Positions 9,638 through 20,216 of a stretch of 64,000 nucleotides of DNA are shown piece after piece; position 1 is the stretch's first letter; each line of letters opens with the position of its first letter. The position numbers were made by a program, and so were the translations under genes. Source of the stretch: Candidatus Bathyarchaeota archaeon (GTDB lineage: Archaea > Thermoproteota > Bathyarchaeia > Bathyarchaeales > Bathycorpusculaceae); NCBI GenBank assembly GCA_963715865.1, contig OY970280.1, forward strand, positions 1,184,001-1,248,000, read 5' to 3'. The notes beneath the pieces are model-generated. The model had not been told where the DNA came from. It made no database searches and was given only the letters and a program-made list of their open reading frames with translations.

Positions 9638-10521
9638 TACGCCCCAACCTTCTTTAGTTTGCATACAAAGAAACCCTGTGTTTCCCCTGGCCAGATTCTT
9701 TTGCAATGTGCCACTGAAGGGTCAAGTTTTCTGCCGAAAACCTCAGTCAACCCGTTCTCGCCTGGACAAGCTATTTCCTGAGTCTGCAGTCCCAAGTTTT
9801 TGACTGACCAGTCCATGTTTAACTCGTCTTCCTCAGGCTCCAACGAGCAGGTGGAATAAAGGATTTCACCATCCGAGGCTAGACACTTTACAGCTTCAGC
9901 TAAAATTTCCTTTTGCACTTGCGCGTTCCGCTCCACATCGGCGAAGGTTCTTCGATTGAACCATTCTTTGTCAGAAGCGAAGTTGCCTGAGCAAGGAACA
10001 TCCAACAGTATGCGGTCAAACGTGCGGTTCAGCTTTGTAGCTTGCCGAGCATCGAGATTGTAGACGATTGTGTTGCTGATGTGGCAGCGCTCTAAATGGT
10101 TCGCCATCGCGGCTAACCGTTTCTTGTTAATGTCTAATGCTGTTATGGTGCCGCTGTTTGCCATGAGGTCAGCAAGTTGAACGGTTTTTCCTCCGGGCGC
10201 TGCACAGGCATCAAGCACCGTTTTGCCTTTCAAGGCGGTGAAGAGCGTGGCTGGGATTTGGGCTGCTGCTTCCTGAATTGAGTACATGCCAAGCAGGTAT
10301 TCGGCTGTGGCACCCACTGAAAATTTTGATTTGGTTATCCAGTATCCTGCTGGCAAAAAAGGCACTTTCTCAAGATCAACGCCTGAACTGCGGAGTCTTT
10401 CTGGGAGGTTTTTGCCTTTAGCGTTGGTTTGGTTTATCCGAATTGATTGTCTGAGCTTGGTTTCCTTAAATTTCCAGCCGAGTTGTGCGTAGCGGTTTAT
10501 GAAAAATTGTTTGCCAGACAT
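9637..10521 (-). CDS. RsmB/NOP2/NSUN family RNA m5C methyltransferase
   Basis: 'LDACAAPGGKT', 'DVPCSG', 'YSTCS' (both catalytic Cys present). Confidence 0.9.
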   Translation of the reverse strand: MSGKQFFINRYAQLGWKFKETKLRQSIRINQTNAKGKNLPERLRSSGVDLEKVPFLPAGYWITKSKFSVGATAEYLLGMYSIQEAAAQIPATLFTALKGKTVLDACAAPGGKTVQLADLMANSGTITALDINKKRLAAMANHLERCHISNTIVYNLDARQATKLNRTFDRILLDVPCSGNFASDKEWFNRRTFADVERNAQVQKEILAEAVKCLASDGEILYSTCSLEPEEDELNMDWSVKNLGLQTQEIACPGENGLTEVFGRKLDPSVAHCKRIWPGETQGFFVCKLKKVGA

Positions 10522-10580
10522 CAACTCTACATTGGACTAACCAAATAAAAAGCTTTCAAGAATTGCCAAGAGATGCCCGG

Positions 10581-13349
10581 TTAAGTGTGGTCATGCACCT
10601 TAAGCGCTTCTGCACTGGTTTTTGTGAATTTTCGGCTGAAGAACTTTCGGATTTCCTCAGCGAAAACCACGATCACAGCCAGCGACAGCAGAAATGCCCA
10701 GTCACTTAGGTTGAGCGCTGTTGTTGTGAAGATGCCTTGCATTACTGGAACGTATATTAGTAGTGAAAGGATTCCGATTTGCGAGATGATGCCGAAGATT
10801 ATCCACTTGTTAGTTTTCAAGCTTGTTCTAAAGATTGACTGCTTGCTGGTTCGACATGCCAAGACGTTACCTGCTTGAGCCACCACAATGCCGGCAAAAG
10901 TCATAGTCACACCTTTGGCGTAAACTTGGCTATCAGCAGCCAACTGCATTCCAAAATGCCATCCGCCTGCAGCCCAAGCGTTAAGGCACCCAATCATAGC
11001 TCCCGTAGCAATTATGACTCCGATGAATACTGACCGTAGCAGAACCTTACGGGTAAACAGTCTCTCCTTGATGCTTCTGGGTGGCTCCTGCATGATCCCT
11101 GCTTCAGGAGGTTCACGGCTTAAAGCCAACGAAGGAATAACGTCGATGGCGAGGTCTATGGCTAACACTTGCGGTACAAGCAGCGGCAAAGGAATGCCTA
11201 ACACGGCGTACAGTATGAACGGAATCAGTTCAGCCCAGTTGTGCGAAAACACGTAAACAATAAACTTGCGGATATTTTCGTAAATTGCTCTGCCAGACTC
11301 AATGGCTTTCACGATGGACGCAAAACTGTCGTTCAGCAAAACGATGTCTGCAGCTTCACGGGCTACATCAGTGCCTGTCGCACCCATAGCAACGCCTATG
11401 TCCGCTTCCTTAAGCGAAGGTGCATCATTGGCTCCGTCACCAGTGACAGCCACCACTTCAGCACTTTGCTTGAGAACCGTAACGATTCGAAGCTTTTGCT
11501 CAGGTGAAACACGCGCAAAAATCACGTTCCCTCTTCGCACTTGGTCAATAATTGCTTGGTCGCTTAAATTTTCCAAGTCTACGCCGCGAACTATCTGGCA
11601 ACACTGCCGCTCAACAATCCCAACTTCCTGAGCAATAGCCTGCGCAGTCGGACCATAGTCCCCCGTGATTATGATGGTTTTCACTCCTGCTTGCTTTGCC
11701 TTCAAAACGGCGTCTTTAACTTCTGTTCTTGGAGGATCACGCATTGCAGCCAAACCGACGAAAATTAGGTCTTTTTCGACCTCGACGCCTTTAGTGTACT
11801 CGTTTTTGGGCAGCCTCTTGTAGGCTACAGCTATGACACGTAAGCCTTCGTTGGCGAACTCATGGATTTGCGATTCTATAAGCATCATGTTTTCTTCGTT
11901 TAACTCTTCAACTTTGCCGTCAACAAGCACTTTACTGCAAACATCCAAGGTGTTCCTTGGAGCACCTTTCGTGTAAATGTAAACGTCACCGTTCAAACTG
12001 TGAACGGTAGTCATGCGTTTCCGCTCAAAACTGAAGGGCAAGACATGCACAATCGGTTTCTCATCCAAAGCATTCTGAACGTTCACGCTTGATTTAAGTG
12101 CGGCAACAAGCAAAGCGCCGTCAGTTGGGTCACCTATCACACTCCAATTTCTGTTTCTATCCGAAGGAGGATCAAGCTTCGCTCCGTTGCAGAGTGAAGC
12201 AATCTCAAGAAGCTTCTCCAGAGAACCTCTTTGCCCTTCCTGTAGTGGCTGACCGTTTATGGTAAAATCGCCTTCAGGCTTATAGCCTAAGCCGGAGACA
12301 TCCACAACGTAGTCGTAAACCCACAGCTTGTTTACAGTCATTTCGCCTTTGGTTATTGTGCCTGTTTTATCGGTGCAAATGACGGTTACACTGCCTAAAG
12401 TTTGCACAGCAGATAACCGCTTTACCAAAACGTTCTGCTTCACCATTTTCAAAACGTTGATGGCTAAGGCGCTGGAAACGGTTACTTGCAAGCCTTCAGG
12501 AACACAGCAGACCATTACACCGATCATGAAAAAAATGCTTGTGGCAAGAGAGGCATGCAAGAAAAGAAAACTAGCAGCAAAGAAAACTGTGCCTACAGCA
12601 ACAGCAATTATGAAATCGTATTTTGCTGTAAACGCGATTTCTTTCTGAAGTGGGCTTTCCTCTTCACGGATTGTCTGAGTTAAATTAGCAATTTTCCCAA
12701 ACTGAGTATCCATGCCAGTTGAATAAACAACAGCTTTTCCTTGACCTTTCGCGACGCTGGTACTCATGAAAACGAGGTTAGTTGCATACACGTAGGCTTT
12801 CTCAACCGTTTTCACTGCTTCAGCAACGCGTGGTTGCGGTTCAGATTCACCTGTTAACGGAACGTTATTAGTCCATAAATCAAAAGCTTCAATCAATCGC
12901 GCATCCGCTGGTACACGGTCACCCTCGTCCAAAGATATGATGTCTCCAGGAACAATTTCTCTAACTGAGATTTTTTTGAGTTCTCCATCACGAATTACCT
13001 TTGCAAACTCAGGCATCCAGCTTTTCAAGGTTGCCATAGCTTTTTCTGCACGCGACTCTTGGAACATGCTCACAAAAATGTTTACAAAAACAACTGCAAG
13101 TATGATTAAGGCAAGGTCTGGATTGCCACTTATGTAAGATAAAATGCTTGCAACGAGCAGTAAGATGCCAAATAAGTCTCGAAGATGCCTAATAAATTTG
13201 TGAATAAAAGGAATTTGCCTTTTTTCAGAAAGTTTGTTGTAGCCGTATTTTTTTAGTCGAAGTTTAGCCTCTTCGCTCGTTAATCCGTTCGGATTAGTCT
13301 TCAGGTCGTCGAAGACTTCATTAATAGGCATAGAAGCAGCTTTTTCCAA
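10581..13349 (-). CDS. Cation-transporting P-type ATPase (type II, Ca2+-like)
   Basis: 'DKTGT' phosphorylation motif, 'TGES', 'KGAP', 'TGDGANDAPSL'. Confidence 0.95.
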   Translation of the reverse strand: MEKAASMPINEVFDDLKTNPNGLTSEEAKLRLKKYGYNKLSEKRQIPFIHKFIRHLRDLFGILLLVASILSYISGNPDLALIILAVVFVNIFVSMFQESRAEKAMATLKSWMPEFAKVIRDGELKKISVREIVPGDIISLDEGDRVPADARLIEAFDLWTNNVPLTGESEPQPRVAEAVKTVEKAYVYATNLVFMSTSVAKGQGKAVVYSTGMDTQFGKIANLTQTIREEESPLQKEIAFTAKYDFIIAVAVGTVFFAASFLFLHASLATSIFFMIGVMVCCVPEGLQVTVSSALAINVLKMVKQNVLVKRLSAVQTLGSVTVICTDKTGTITKGEMTVNKLWVYDYVVDVSGLGYKPEGDFTINGQPLQEGQRGSLEKLLEIASLCNGAKLDPPSDRNRNWSVIGDPTDGALLVAALKSSVNVQNALDEKPIVHVLPFSFERKRMTTVHSLNGDVYIYTKGAPRNTLDVCSKVLVDGKVEELNEENMMLIESQIHEFANEGLRVIAVAYKRLPKNEYTKGVEVEKDLIFVGLAAMRDPPRTEVKDAVLKAKQAGVKTIIITGDYGPTAQAIAQEVGIVERQCCQIVRGVDLENLSDQAIIDQVRRGNVIFARVSPEQKLRIVTVLKQSAEVVAVTGDGANDAPSLKEADIGVAMGATGTDVAREAADIVLLNDSFASIVKAIESGRAIYENIRKFIVYVFSHNWAELIPFILYAVLGIPLPLLVPQVLAIDLAIDVIPSLALSREPPEAGIMQEPPRSIKERLFTRKVLLRSVFIGVIIATGAMIGCLNAWAAGGWHFGMQLAADSQVYAKGVTMTFAGIVVAQAGNVLACRTSKQSIFRTSLKTNKWIIFGIISQIGILSLLIYVPVMQGIFTTTALNLSDWAFLLSLAVIVVFAEEIRKFFSRKFTKTSAEALKVHDHT

Positions 13350-13813
13350 ATAAACTCCGCCAAAACCTCAGTGAAACAAGTAAGTTATGAACAACCCCAA
13401 CAATAAGAGAACACTGTTGACGCTAAGGAAACGTTCAATGAATTATATCCTTGAGCCGAAATGGATTGAAAGCACATTCATATCCTCAGCGTTTAACTTA
13501 ATCACATAGGCATTTTTAAAGACTATTTTTGGCTTTATTGTTGCTTGTTGAATTTAAACTAATCGGAGGCATAGTTGATTTAAATCGTGAATTATCAATA
13601 GTTTTTCTATTCATTTATTCTTTTTTCTCCTTTGAAATTTATTTTTCACTATAGGAAAATTTAGTTCTTTTATGCTTTTTTGCGAATTAGGCTTAACCAA
13701 CTTGCGAATTAAGCAACCGCTTACTTGTTAGCAAGAGGAATGTACTCGGTGAATTTTGAGCTTTAGATTAAGCTAAACTTAGAATTTCTGATAAGGAATT
13801 ACCGAGAATTGGT

Positions 13814-13850
13814 TACTACGTACATTATAGCCCTTAGCATGTACGTAGTA
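13814..13850. repeat. Palindromic element TACTACGTACAT-N13-ATGTACGTAGTA
   Basis: Perfect 12-bp inverted repeat (13814-13825 / 13839-13850); related copies at 16368 and 47483-47539. Confidence 0.9.
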
Positions 13851-14104
13851 GAAATAATTTTGACCTTACTTTTATCAAGAATTGCTCGAAATACCTAAAT
13901 TGTTTGAAGAAAAAAATATTTTGCGGTTGATTGCGCATGCGTGAATTATCAGAGCGTTTCAAAAAAGGATGCCATAAAGTTAATAGGTTGCAAATTCCCT
14001 TTCCATGTAGCTTATCAATTTCGAGAGATTACTAAAATGCCGCATATAATTAAAAAACAAGCCTTTCATGTGATAAATGCAATCAAAATGGAGACTGCAT
14101 AATT

Positions 14105-16321
14105 ATGGCACGTTACAGGCAAACAGAAGAAATCGTTAAACTGATGAACAACCCAGAAATCATTCGCAACACTAGCATTATCGCCCATGTAGACCACGGA
14201 AAAACCACTCTCTCAGACAGCCTTTTAGCTGCAGCAGGCATTATCAGCACGCAAACCGCTGGACAGAAACTGTTCCTTGACTCATGGGATCTTGAGCAGA
14301 AACGTCAAATGACCGTTTTCGCCTCAAATGTCAGCCTGGTCCACACTTACAATCGCCAAGATTACCTCATCAACCTCATCGATACACCTGGTCACATTGA
14401 CTTCTCTGGTGCAGTAACAAGAAGCCTCAGAGCAGTCGACGGTGCACTTGTGGTTGTGGATGCCGTTGAAGGACCCATGACTCAAACAGAAACTGTCTTG
14501 ATGCAGGCTTTGCGCGAACGTGTAAAACCAATTCTTTTCATAAACAAGGTTGATAGACTCATAAAAGAAATCAAGCTTACACCTCAGGAGATTCAAAGAA
14601 AATTCGCTAAGATTCTCCTAAGAGTAAACAATTTAATTGAGAAGTATGCACCTGCAGAGCACAAGAAAGATTGGCAGGTCACGGTTGAAGATGGTCGTGT
14701 GGCTTTTGGTTCAGCGCTTCATAAATGGGGTTTGAACATTGACCACATGAAACTAAAGAAAGTTACCTTCCAAGACATCATTGACGCTTACAGTGGTGCA
14801 CCTGAAGATGTTGGGAGAAAAGTCGATGAATTAAGCAAGAGAGCACCGTTGCACGAACCAGTCCTAGATATGTTCTGCAAACACTTACCTAATCCTTTTC
14901 AAGCGCAACCGTACAGACAACCTCAGATTTGGCCAGGAGATGTCAACAGTCCAACAGGTCAAGGCATGGCGAAAGTGGACCCTAATGCTCCTTTGCTTAT
15001 GTGTATATCCACCATTGAAGTTGATCAACACAGCGGAACAGTTGCAATTGGCAGAATTTTCAGTGGTTCGGTTACTAGAGGTAAAGTGGTCCAGCTTGTA
15101 AGCAGTAGCCAGAAGGGCACTGTACAGCAGGTTTTCATGAGTATGGCGACAGACCGTGTTATCATTGACCGTGTTCCAGCAGGCAACATTGGAGCGATCT
15201 CAGGTTTACCATCCATACATGTCGGTGAAACTATTGCTGAAGATGGTGTAGAAGTGCACTCGTTTGAAGGGTTAAGATATGTTACAGACCCGGTTGTAAC
15301 CGTGGCTGTTGAGCCAGAAGACGTCAAAGACCTGCCATTGTTTGATAAAGTCATGCACAAACTCACTACAGAAGATCCTAACCTGCACTTTATTATGAAC
15401 CAAGAAAGCGGCGAATTCCTTCTGTCGGGTATGGGTGAACTTCACCTTGAAATCACGGCTTACCGCATGCAGGAAGCAGGCTTGAAAGTTAAACTAAGCA
15501 AACCAATTGTTATCTACCGAGAAACCATAAGTCACGATTATCGTGGTCCAGCAATAATGGGTAAAAGCCCAAACAAACACAATAAGCTCTGGATAACCAT
15601 CGAAAAATTATCTGACGATGTGATTGAAGCGATAAAGTCTGAAAAAATTAGTGATATGCAAAGCAGAGACGAGAGAACCAAAGTTCTTAGAAGCTTAGGT
15701 TGGGCACCAGATGATGCTAAGGGCGTAGTAGCTGTTGAAGAAGACAACGTCCTTTGTAATCGTATTAGAGGAAGACAATACGTTGATGAAATCATTGATC
15801 ATATTAAAATTGGATTCCGCGAAGCAGTGCATACTTCACCTTTAGCTAAGGAACCAGCATATGGCTTGAAAATCAACCTTGAAGACATTACGGTCCACGA
15901 AGACCCAGTTCACAGAGGTCCAGCACAAGCTATCCCGATGACTTGGAGACCAATATATTGCGCTATATTATTGAGTGATCCAAAACTGCTTGAGCCGCTC
16001 TTAAGTTTTGAATGCAAAGTTCCAAGTGAATTCGTCAGTTCCGTTATCACTTTACTTAACAAGCGACGCGGCAAAATCTTAGACATGCCTTCTGAAGAAG
16101 ATATGATTACTGTTAAAGCTGAGATGCCAGTTTCTGAAAGCTTCGGAATAGCTGATGAATTACGCAGTTCCACACAGGGCAGGGCTTTCTGGGCGACTCA
16201 GTTTAGCCGTTGGGCGCCAGTTCCAGAGCAGTTGCAAGCTGACACAATAAAGAAGATTCGTGAACGTAGAGGTTTGCCGCCGGTTCCGCCGAAACCGGAA
16301 GAGTACTTTGAGTCGGAGTAA
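14105..16321 (+). CDS. fusA: Elongation factor 2 family GTPase, probably the divergent paralogue
   Basis: 'AHVDHGKTT', 'DTPGH', 'NKVD', diphthamide loop 'HEDPVHRGPAQ'; G2 region reads 'KRQMTV' instead of 'RGITI'; no rpsL/rpsG neighbours. Confidence 0.9.
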   Translation: MARYRQTEEIVKLMNNPEIIRNTSIIAHVDHGKTTLSDSLLAAAGIISTQTAGQKLFLDSWDLEQKRQMTVFASNVSLVHTYNRQDYLINLIDTPGHIDFSGAVTRSLRAVDGALVVVDAVEGPMTQTETVLMQALRERVKPILFINKVDRLIKEIKLTPQEIQRKFAKILLRVNNLIEKYAPAEHKKDWQVTVEDGRVAFGSALHKWGLNIDHMKLKKVTFQDIIDAYSGAPEDVGRKVDELSKRAPLHEPVLDMFCKHLPNPFQAQPYRQPQIWPGDVNSPTGQGMAKVDPNAPLLMCISTIEVDQHSGTVAIGRIFSGSVTRGKVVQLVSSSQKGTVQQVFMSMATDRVIIDRVPAGNIGAISGLPSIHVGETIAEDGVEVHSFEGLRYVTDPVVTVAVEPEDVKDLPLFDKVMHKLTTEDPNLHFIMNQESGEFLLSGMGELHLEITAYRMQEAGLKVKLSKPIVIYRETISHDYRGPAIMGKSPNKHNKLWITIEKLSDDVIEAIKSEKISDMQSRDERTKVLRSLGWAPDDAKGVVAVEEDNVLCNRIRGRQYVDEIIDHIKIGFREAVHTSPLAKEPAYGLKINLEDITVHEDPVHRGPAQAIPMTWRPIYCAILLSDPKLLEPLLSFECKVPSEFVSSVITLLNKRRGKILDMPSEEDMITVKAEMPVSESFGIADELRSSTQGRAFWATQFSRWAPVPEQLQADTIKKIRERRGLPPVPPKPEEYFESE

Positions 16322-16330
16322 TTGACCGCT

Positions 16331-16354
16331 TAATCTTCTTTTCTTTTCATTTTG
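16331..16354 (+). terminator. Oligo-T tract after EF-2, putative archaeal terminator
   Basis: TAATCTTCTTTTCTTTTCATTTTG directly after the stop. Confidence 0.4.
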
Positions 16355-16364
16355 TTAGCAAAAA

Positions 16365-16379
16365 GGTTACTACGTACAT
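16365..16379 (+). repeat. Half copy of the palindromic element
   Basis: GGTTACTACGTACAT is identical to 13811-13825. Confidence 0.8.
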
Positions 16380-16452
16380 ACAGCATCTTACATACGAATT
16401 CTATTGAGCTATTGGAAAGCAGTTTAGCCTAGATTTTTTAGTTGCAACTAAT

Positions 16453-16727
16453 CGCGGCGCAATAGTCGCAACTATTGAGCCTGCTTCTGGCGCATTTATG
16501 ATAAAGACAGCTTCCCTTGGAGAACGGTTGGTAGAGATTCAAAGGATAGGGACATTTGTTCGAGCTCGTAAAAGTTTTGTTCAAACAATCCAGCTGGCAG
16601 TTCTACAGTAGTATAGTCAAAGTCAAGCCCAGCGCCAAAGTTATAACTATTGAGCCAGCTATAGGCAGGCAAACCTGTTGTAGTATAGTGATAGTGAAGC
16701 CCGACGCCAAAGTGATGACTATTAAGC
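16453..16727. repeat. Degenerate tandem repeat (72-bp period) with a third partial copy
   Basis: Units start at 16609 and 16681 (TAGTATAGT..AGT.AAGCCC..CGCCAAAGT.AT.ACTATT.AGC); partial copy at 16453-16480. Confidence 0.6.
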
Positions 16728-16925
16728 GCTCTGTAAGACGCTTTGAGCATGGAGGAGGATGTTAGGAATTATGCATTCATCCTGTCGCTTTAACCAGCTT
16801 CATGTCTGACGCTTGGGCGACACAAAAGAAGAAATAAGCATTGAATTATAAGTGCTGTGTGAAATATTGTGTTCGGGCGAGGTCTAAGCGATTTAAGAGT
16901 CTAGTAGAGATAGGAAAGAGTCTGC

Positions 16926-17693
16926 ATGAAAAAAAGAAGTGAAAAACCAAAGTATGGTTTGTATGCAATTAAGATAATTGCAATTCTTTTTTCTGTTATA
17001 GAAATCATTGGGTTGCTCTTGCTTTCAGCAGGTTACTTTGTTTTCAGCAACACATATCTAACAATTGGTGGCGGGATAATTGTTGCCTTTGGAATTTACA
17101 TGATTGTTGCCCATTTTCTTTCTTTATACGTCTTCACCGGGTTTGGCATGAGCCTTGATTGGGTCGCAAAACTCCTGGAATTAAAAGGAAACGAGTATGT
17201 GCTGGATGTGGGAAGTGGCACTGGAAGAACGTCGGTGCGGATAGCGAAAAGGCTTACTACTGGAAGGCTTGTTGGGATCGACATTTGGGACACAATGGAA
17301 CTCAGCGGTAACTCGCCAGAAAGAGCGTACAAGAATGCGGAAATCGAAGGCGTGAAGGCTAAAGTTGATTTCAAATTTGGAAACGTCTTGGAGATACCTT
17401 TCAATGATGATATTTTTGACATCGTCACATGCAGTAGCGTCTTAAATAACCTTCCTGGAGAAAAGAACAGAATCAAAGCCCTGAAGGAAATCTTTCGAGT
17501 CTTGAAACCCGGAGGAAAATGCATGCTACTTGAACCTCTCAGGAACCTAAGAATGTTTTTCGCTTTCACACCCTTCGCGTTTTTCCAGTTAGGAAAAAGC
17601 GAACACTGGGAAAAGTACGCCAAGACTGCGGGCTTTTCAAAAGTGAGATTCCACGATAAAAAAGGCAGTGGCATTTTTATCCTAGAGAAATAA
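16926..17693 (+). CDS. Class I SAM-dependent methyltransferase with N-terminal TM helices
   Basis: Two hydrophobic helices, then 'VLDVGSGTG', 'FDIVTCSSVLNN'. Confidence 0.85.
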   Translation: MKKRSEKPKYGLYAIKIIAILFSVIEIIGLLLLSAGYFVFSNTYLTIGGGIIVAFGIYMIVAHFLSLYVFTGFGMSLDWVAKLLELKGNEYVLDVGSGTGRTSVRIAKRLTTGRLVGIDIWDTMELSGNSPERAYKNAEIEGVKAKVDFKFGNVLEIPFNDDIFDIVTCSSVLNNLPGEKNRIKALKEIFRVLKPGGKCMLLEPLRNLRMFFAFTPFAFFQLGKSEHWEKYAKTAGFSKVRFHDKKGSGIFILEK

Positions 17694-17824
17694 AGAAACG
17701 CTGCTAATTTTTCCGCTAACTGCTTAGTCTTTCCGTGTACTTTTTGTGTAATGAAGCTTATGCTTTTGGCGTATTCGCGCGGGTATACTGGTCTAAAATC
17801 CATTATTCATTAAAGCTGAACCTT

Positions 17825-18034
17825 TTAGAGAAGCTTTAACTTTCTTTCTATGAGTATAAATATAACGTATGTGAAGAACCCTAGAACCAATAAGATTACA
17901 CCTAGAAGTATGGATATCTCGAATATCGAGTATACTCCAAAAGCAAGAAGGATTAGCCCTATGATACCCATGATTCCAAGAAGGATTAGCCCTTTTCTGC
18001 TAACAACTTTCTTTTGACTCGTTTGTTTAGTCAT
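17825..18034 (-). CDS. Small two-helix membrane protein
   Basis: 69 aa, two hydrophobic stretches with basic flanks; fills the gap between genes. Confidence 0.6.
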   Translation of the reverse strand: MTKQTSQKKVVSRKGLILLGIMGIIGLILLAFGVYSIFEISILLGVILLVLGFFTYVIFILIERKLKLL

Positions 18035-18269
18035 TTTTTAACTCTTCTCTCAGCACCTTTTTTGAATCAATGCGAATATAAACTAATAATGGTTTTGGGC
18101 TTGGAGTTAAATTTTAACCAAAAGGTTCACCTCCACAACGGAAAAAACATGTAATCAATAGCTATGGAATAACAAAAATTGTGTGTGATTGTCAAAGTGT
18201 TATAACTTGCCGTTTTCAGGTGCACGCGCTTGGAGTAAGGCTTTAATGTAAATTGACAGTTAACGTTTA

Positions 18270-18866
18270 GTGAAGCTTATGATAGTTGGAATTTGCGGAA
18301 GCCCAAGAGAGCAAGCCACTGATTATGTTTTGAAAGAAGCCCTGCGAATGCTCAGCGAGAAAGGGTTTGAAACTCGTTTTTGGACCGTTAGAGGGAAGCA
18401 TGTTGGATTCTGTACGCACTGTGATTTCTGCCTGAAAAACAAGGAATGCGCATTCAAAGATGACATGCAAGAAGTCTACGCGCTCTTGAAAGATGCAAAG
18501 GGCATAATTTTTGCTACGCCTGTTTATAATGGCGGAGTCAGTGCACAAACCAAAACAGTAATGGACCGTTGCAGAGCTGCTGTGGCAGGTGACCCTGACT
18601 TTTTCAGGGGCAAAATCGGCATGGGAATTGCTTTAGGCGGAGACAGGGCGGGGGGGCAAGAGAACGCGTTGATGCAGATTTTAACGTTTTACATTCTTAA
18701 TGGCGCGGTTCCTGTTAGCGGCGGGTTTTTTGGCGCTAATTTAGGGGCAACTTTCTGGACTAAGGACACACTGGAGGGCGTCAAGCTTGATAAGGAAGGT
18801 TTTAGGAGTTTGAGGAAGACTGTGAAGCGGTTTGCAGTTTTCGTTGAGAAGTATGGAGAAAAATAA
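18270..18866 (+). CDS. isf: Iron-sulfur flavoprotein (Isf, flavodoxin fold)
   Basis: 'GICGSPR', 'CTHCDFC...C', 'TPVYNG', 'KTVMDR'. Confidence 0.85.
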   Translation: MKLMIVGICGSPREQATDYVLKEALRMLSEKGFETRFWTVRGKHVGFCTHCDFCLKNKECAFKDDMQEVYALLKDAKGIIFATPVYNGGVSAQTKTVMDRCRAAVAGDPDFFRGKIGMGIALGGDRAGGQENALMQILTFYILNGAVPVSGGFFGANLGATFWTKDTLEGVKLDKEGFRSLRKTVKRFAVFVEKYGEK

Positions 18867-18879
18867 CAAGGCGAGCGTT

Positions 18880-19467
18880 ATGGGTGAAAGCGTTAAAGTC
18901 AAGAAGCGTAAGGTTGCTTGGGGAATCACTGGCGGTGGTGACAAAATAGCTGAGATAATTGATGTTATGAAAGATTTAAGGAAGCAGTCGGAAGATGTTG
19001 TCGAGATTCAGGTTTTTCTTTCCAAAGCTGCTGATATTGTGTTAAAATATTATAAGCTTGAGGATGATTTAAAGCAGAATTTTCAAAAAGTGCAGCTTGA
19101 AATTAATTCTAATTCTCCTTTTCTTGCCGCTTGGATGCAAATGCGCAAGTATGAGTTTTTGCTGATTGCTCCTGCGTCATCGAACACGGTTGCTAAAATC
19201 GCCAATGGCATAGGTGACACGTTGCTATCGAATGCGGCGATTATGAGTTTGAAAGCCTTTGTGCCCGTTTACATACTGCCAACAGATTACAGGGAAAGCA
19301 CAGTTTACACTAAACTTCCAAACGGCAAAGAAATGAAGCTGAGAGTACGCAAGGAAGAAGCTGACCAAGTCCGAAAACTCGAAAAAATGGAAGATGTGCA
19401 TGTGCTGGAGAGCCCTCAAAAAATGAGGGAAGCTTTTTGGGAATGGATAAAAACAATAAAATCCTAA
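18880..19467 (+). CDS. afpA: Archaeoflavoprotein AfpA (HFCD-like flavoprotein)
   Basis: 'VAWGITGGG', 'IAPASSNTVAKIANGIGDTL'; follows isf. Confidence 0.8.
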   Translation: MGESVKVKKRKVAWGITGGGDKIAEIIDVMKDLRKQSEDVVEIQVFLSKAADIVLKYYKLEDDLKQNFQKVQLEINSNSPFLAAWMQMRKYEFLLIAPASSNTVAKIANGIGDTLLSNAAIMSLKAFVPVYILPTDYRESTVYTKLPNGKEMKLRVRKEEADQVRKLEKMEDVHVLESPQKMREAFWEWIKTIKS

Positions 19468-19514
19468 TTCTTTCTGCGGTAAACATCGCAAGGTTCTGTT
19501 AAAACAAGCATAAC

Positions 19515-19733
19515 TCATTTACTTAGGGCTTTATTGACAAGTGACTCTTCAGTGATCGCCTTTTCCATGAGACTTTTTACGGCTTCATTCAGGTTGCCCT
19601 TGAAGTAGGGCTTAACAATTTTTAAGGCAAACTCTTTCAGTAAACTTGCTGAAAAACCATGAAAAGTCAAGTCCACTAACAAATCTTCCTCGGTTAAAAC
19701 TGAATACTTCTCAATCACATATTCCAACTCCAA
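19515..19733 (-). CDS. Small hypothetical protein
   Basis: 72 aa with protein-like composition; TTG start preceded by GGAG-like sequence. Confidence 0.55.
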   Translation of the reverse strand: MELEYVIEKYSVLTEEDLLVDLTFHGFSASLLKEFALKIVKPYFKGNLNEAVKSLMEKAITEESLVNKALSK

Positions 19734-19883
19734 AAGCTGGATATGCGAAAAAAGCTAAGAATATGTGTGCGCATGGAGAAAATCAGACACACGGTAATAA
19801 ATGCTTCAAGTAAAAAAATGATTTTCACAGTTACTTGATAATTGGGTTTTTCTTCGCTCGGGATTATAGAATCTTTTTTCTTC

Positions 19884-20084
19884 TTACGCTTCTACTTCGT
19901 TTTTCAATTTGGGAATTACATTCCGTACCCATTCTATTTTAGTATTGTAAGCTTCATGCATTTGTGGCTGAGTATAATAGATTCTTTCTTTAGCCGCTGC
20001 AGCCATTCGACTTTCTAATCCAGTAATCTTGCTTATCCGTTTGGGCTGCCCTTTCCTTTTCGATTTATAACTTTCACGGTTCAT
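19884..20084 (-). CDS. Small basic hypothetical protein
   Basis: 66 aa ATG-start ORF in an accessory patch. Confidence 0.4.
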   Translation of the reverse strand: MNRESYKSKRKGQPKRISKITGLESRMAAAAKERIYYTQPQMHEAYNTKIEWVRNVIPKLKNEVEA

Positions 20085-20216
20085 ATTGATCTCCGCTAGT
20101 TCAAGCTCAAATACCTAACATATAGAAGTTTCGTAATCTTTTTGATTAAGTGCGCACCTGTCTGAGAATTAGAAAAATATGAAAATAAGTTTCGTTGCCG
20201 TTTTGCTTTAACAAGT

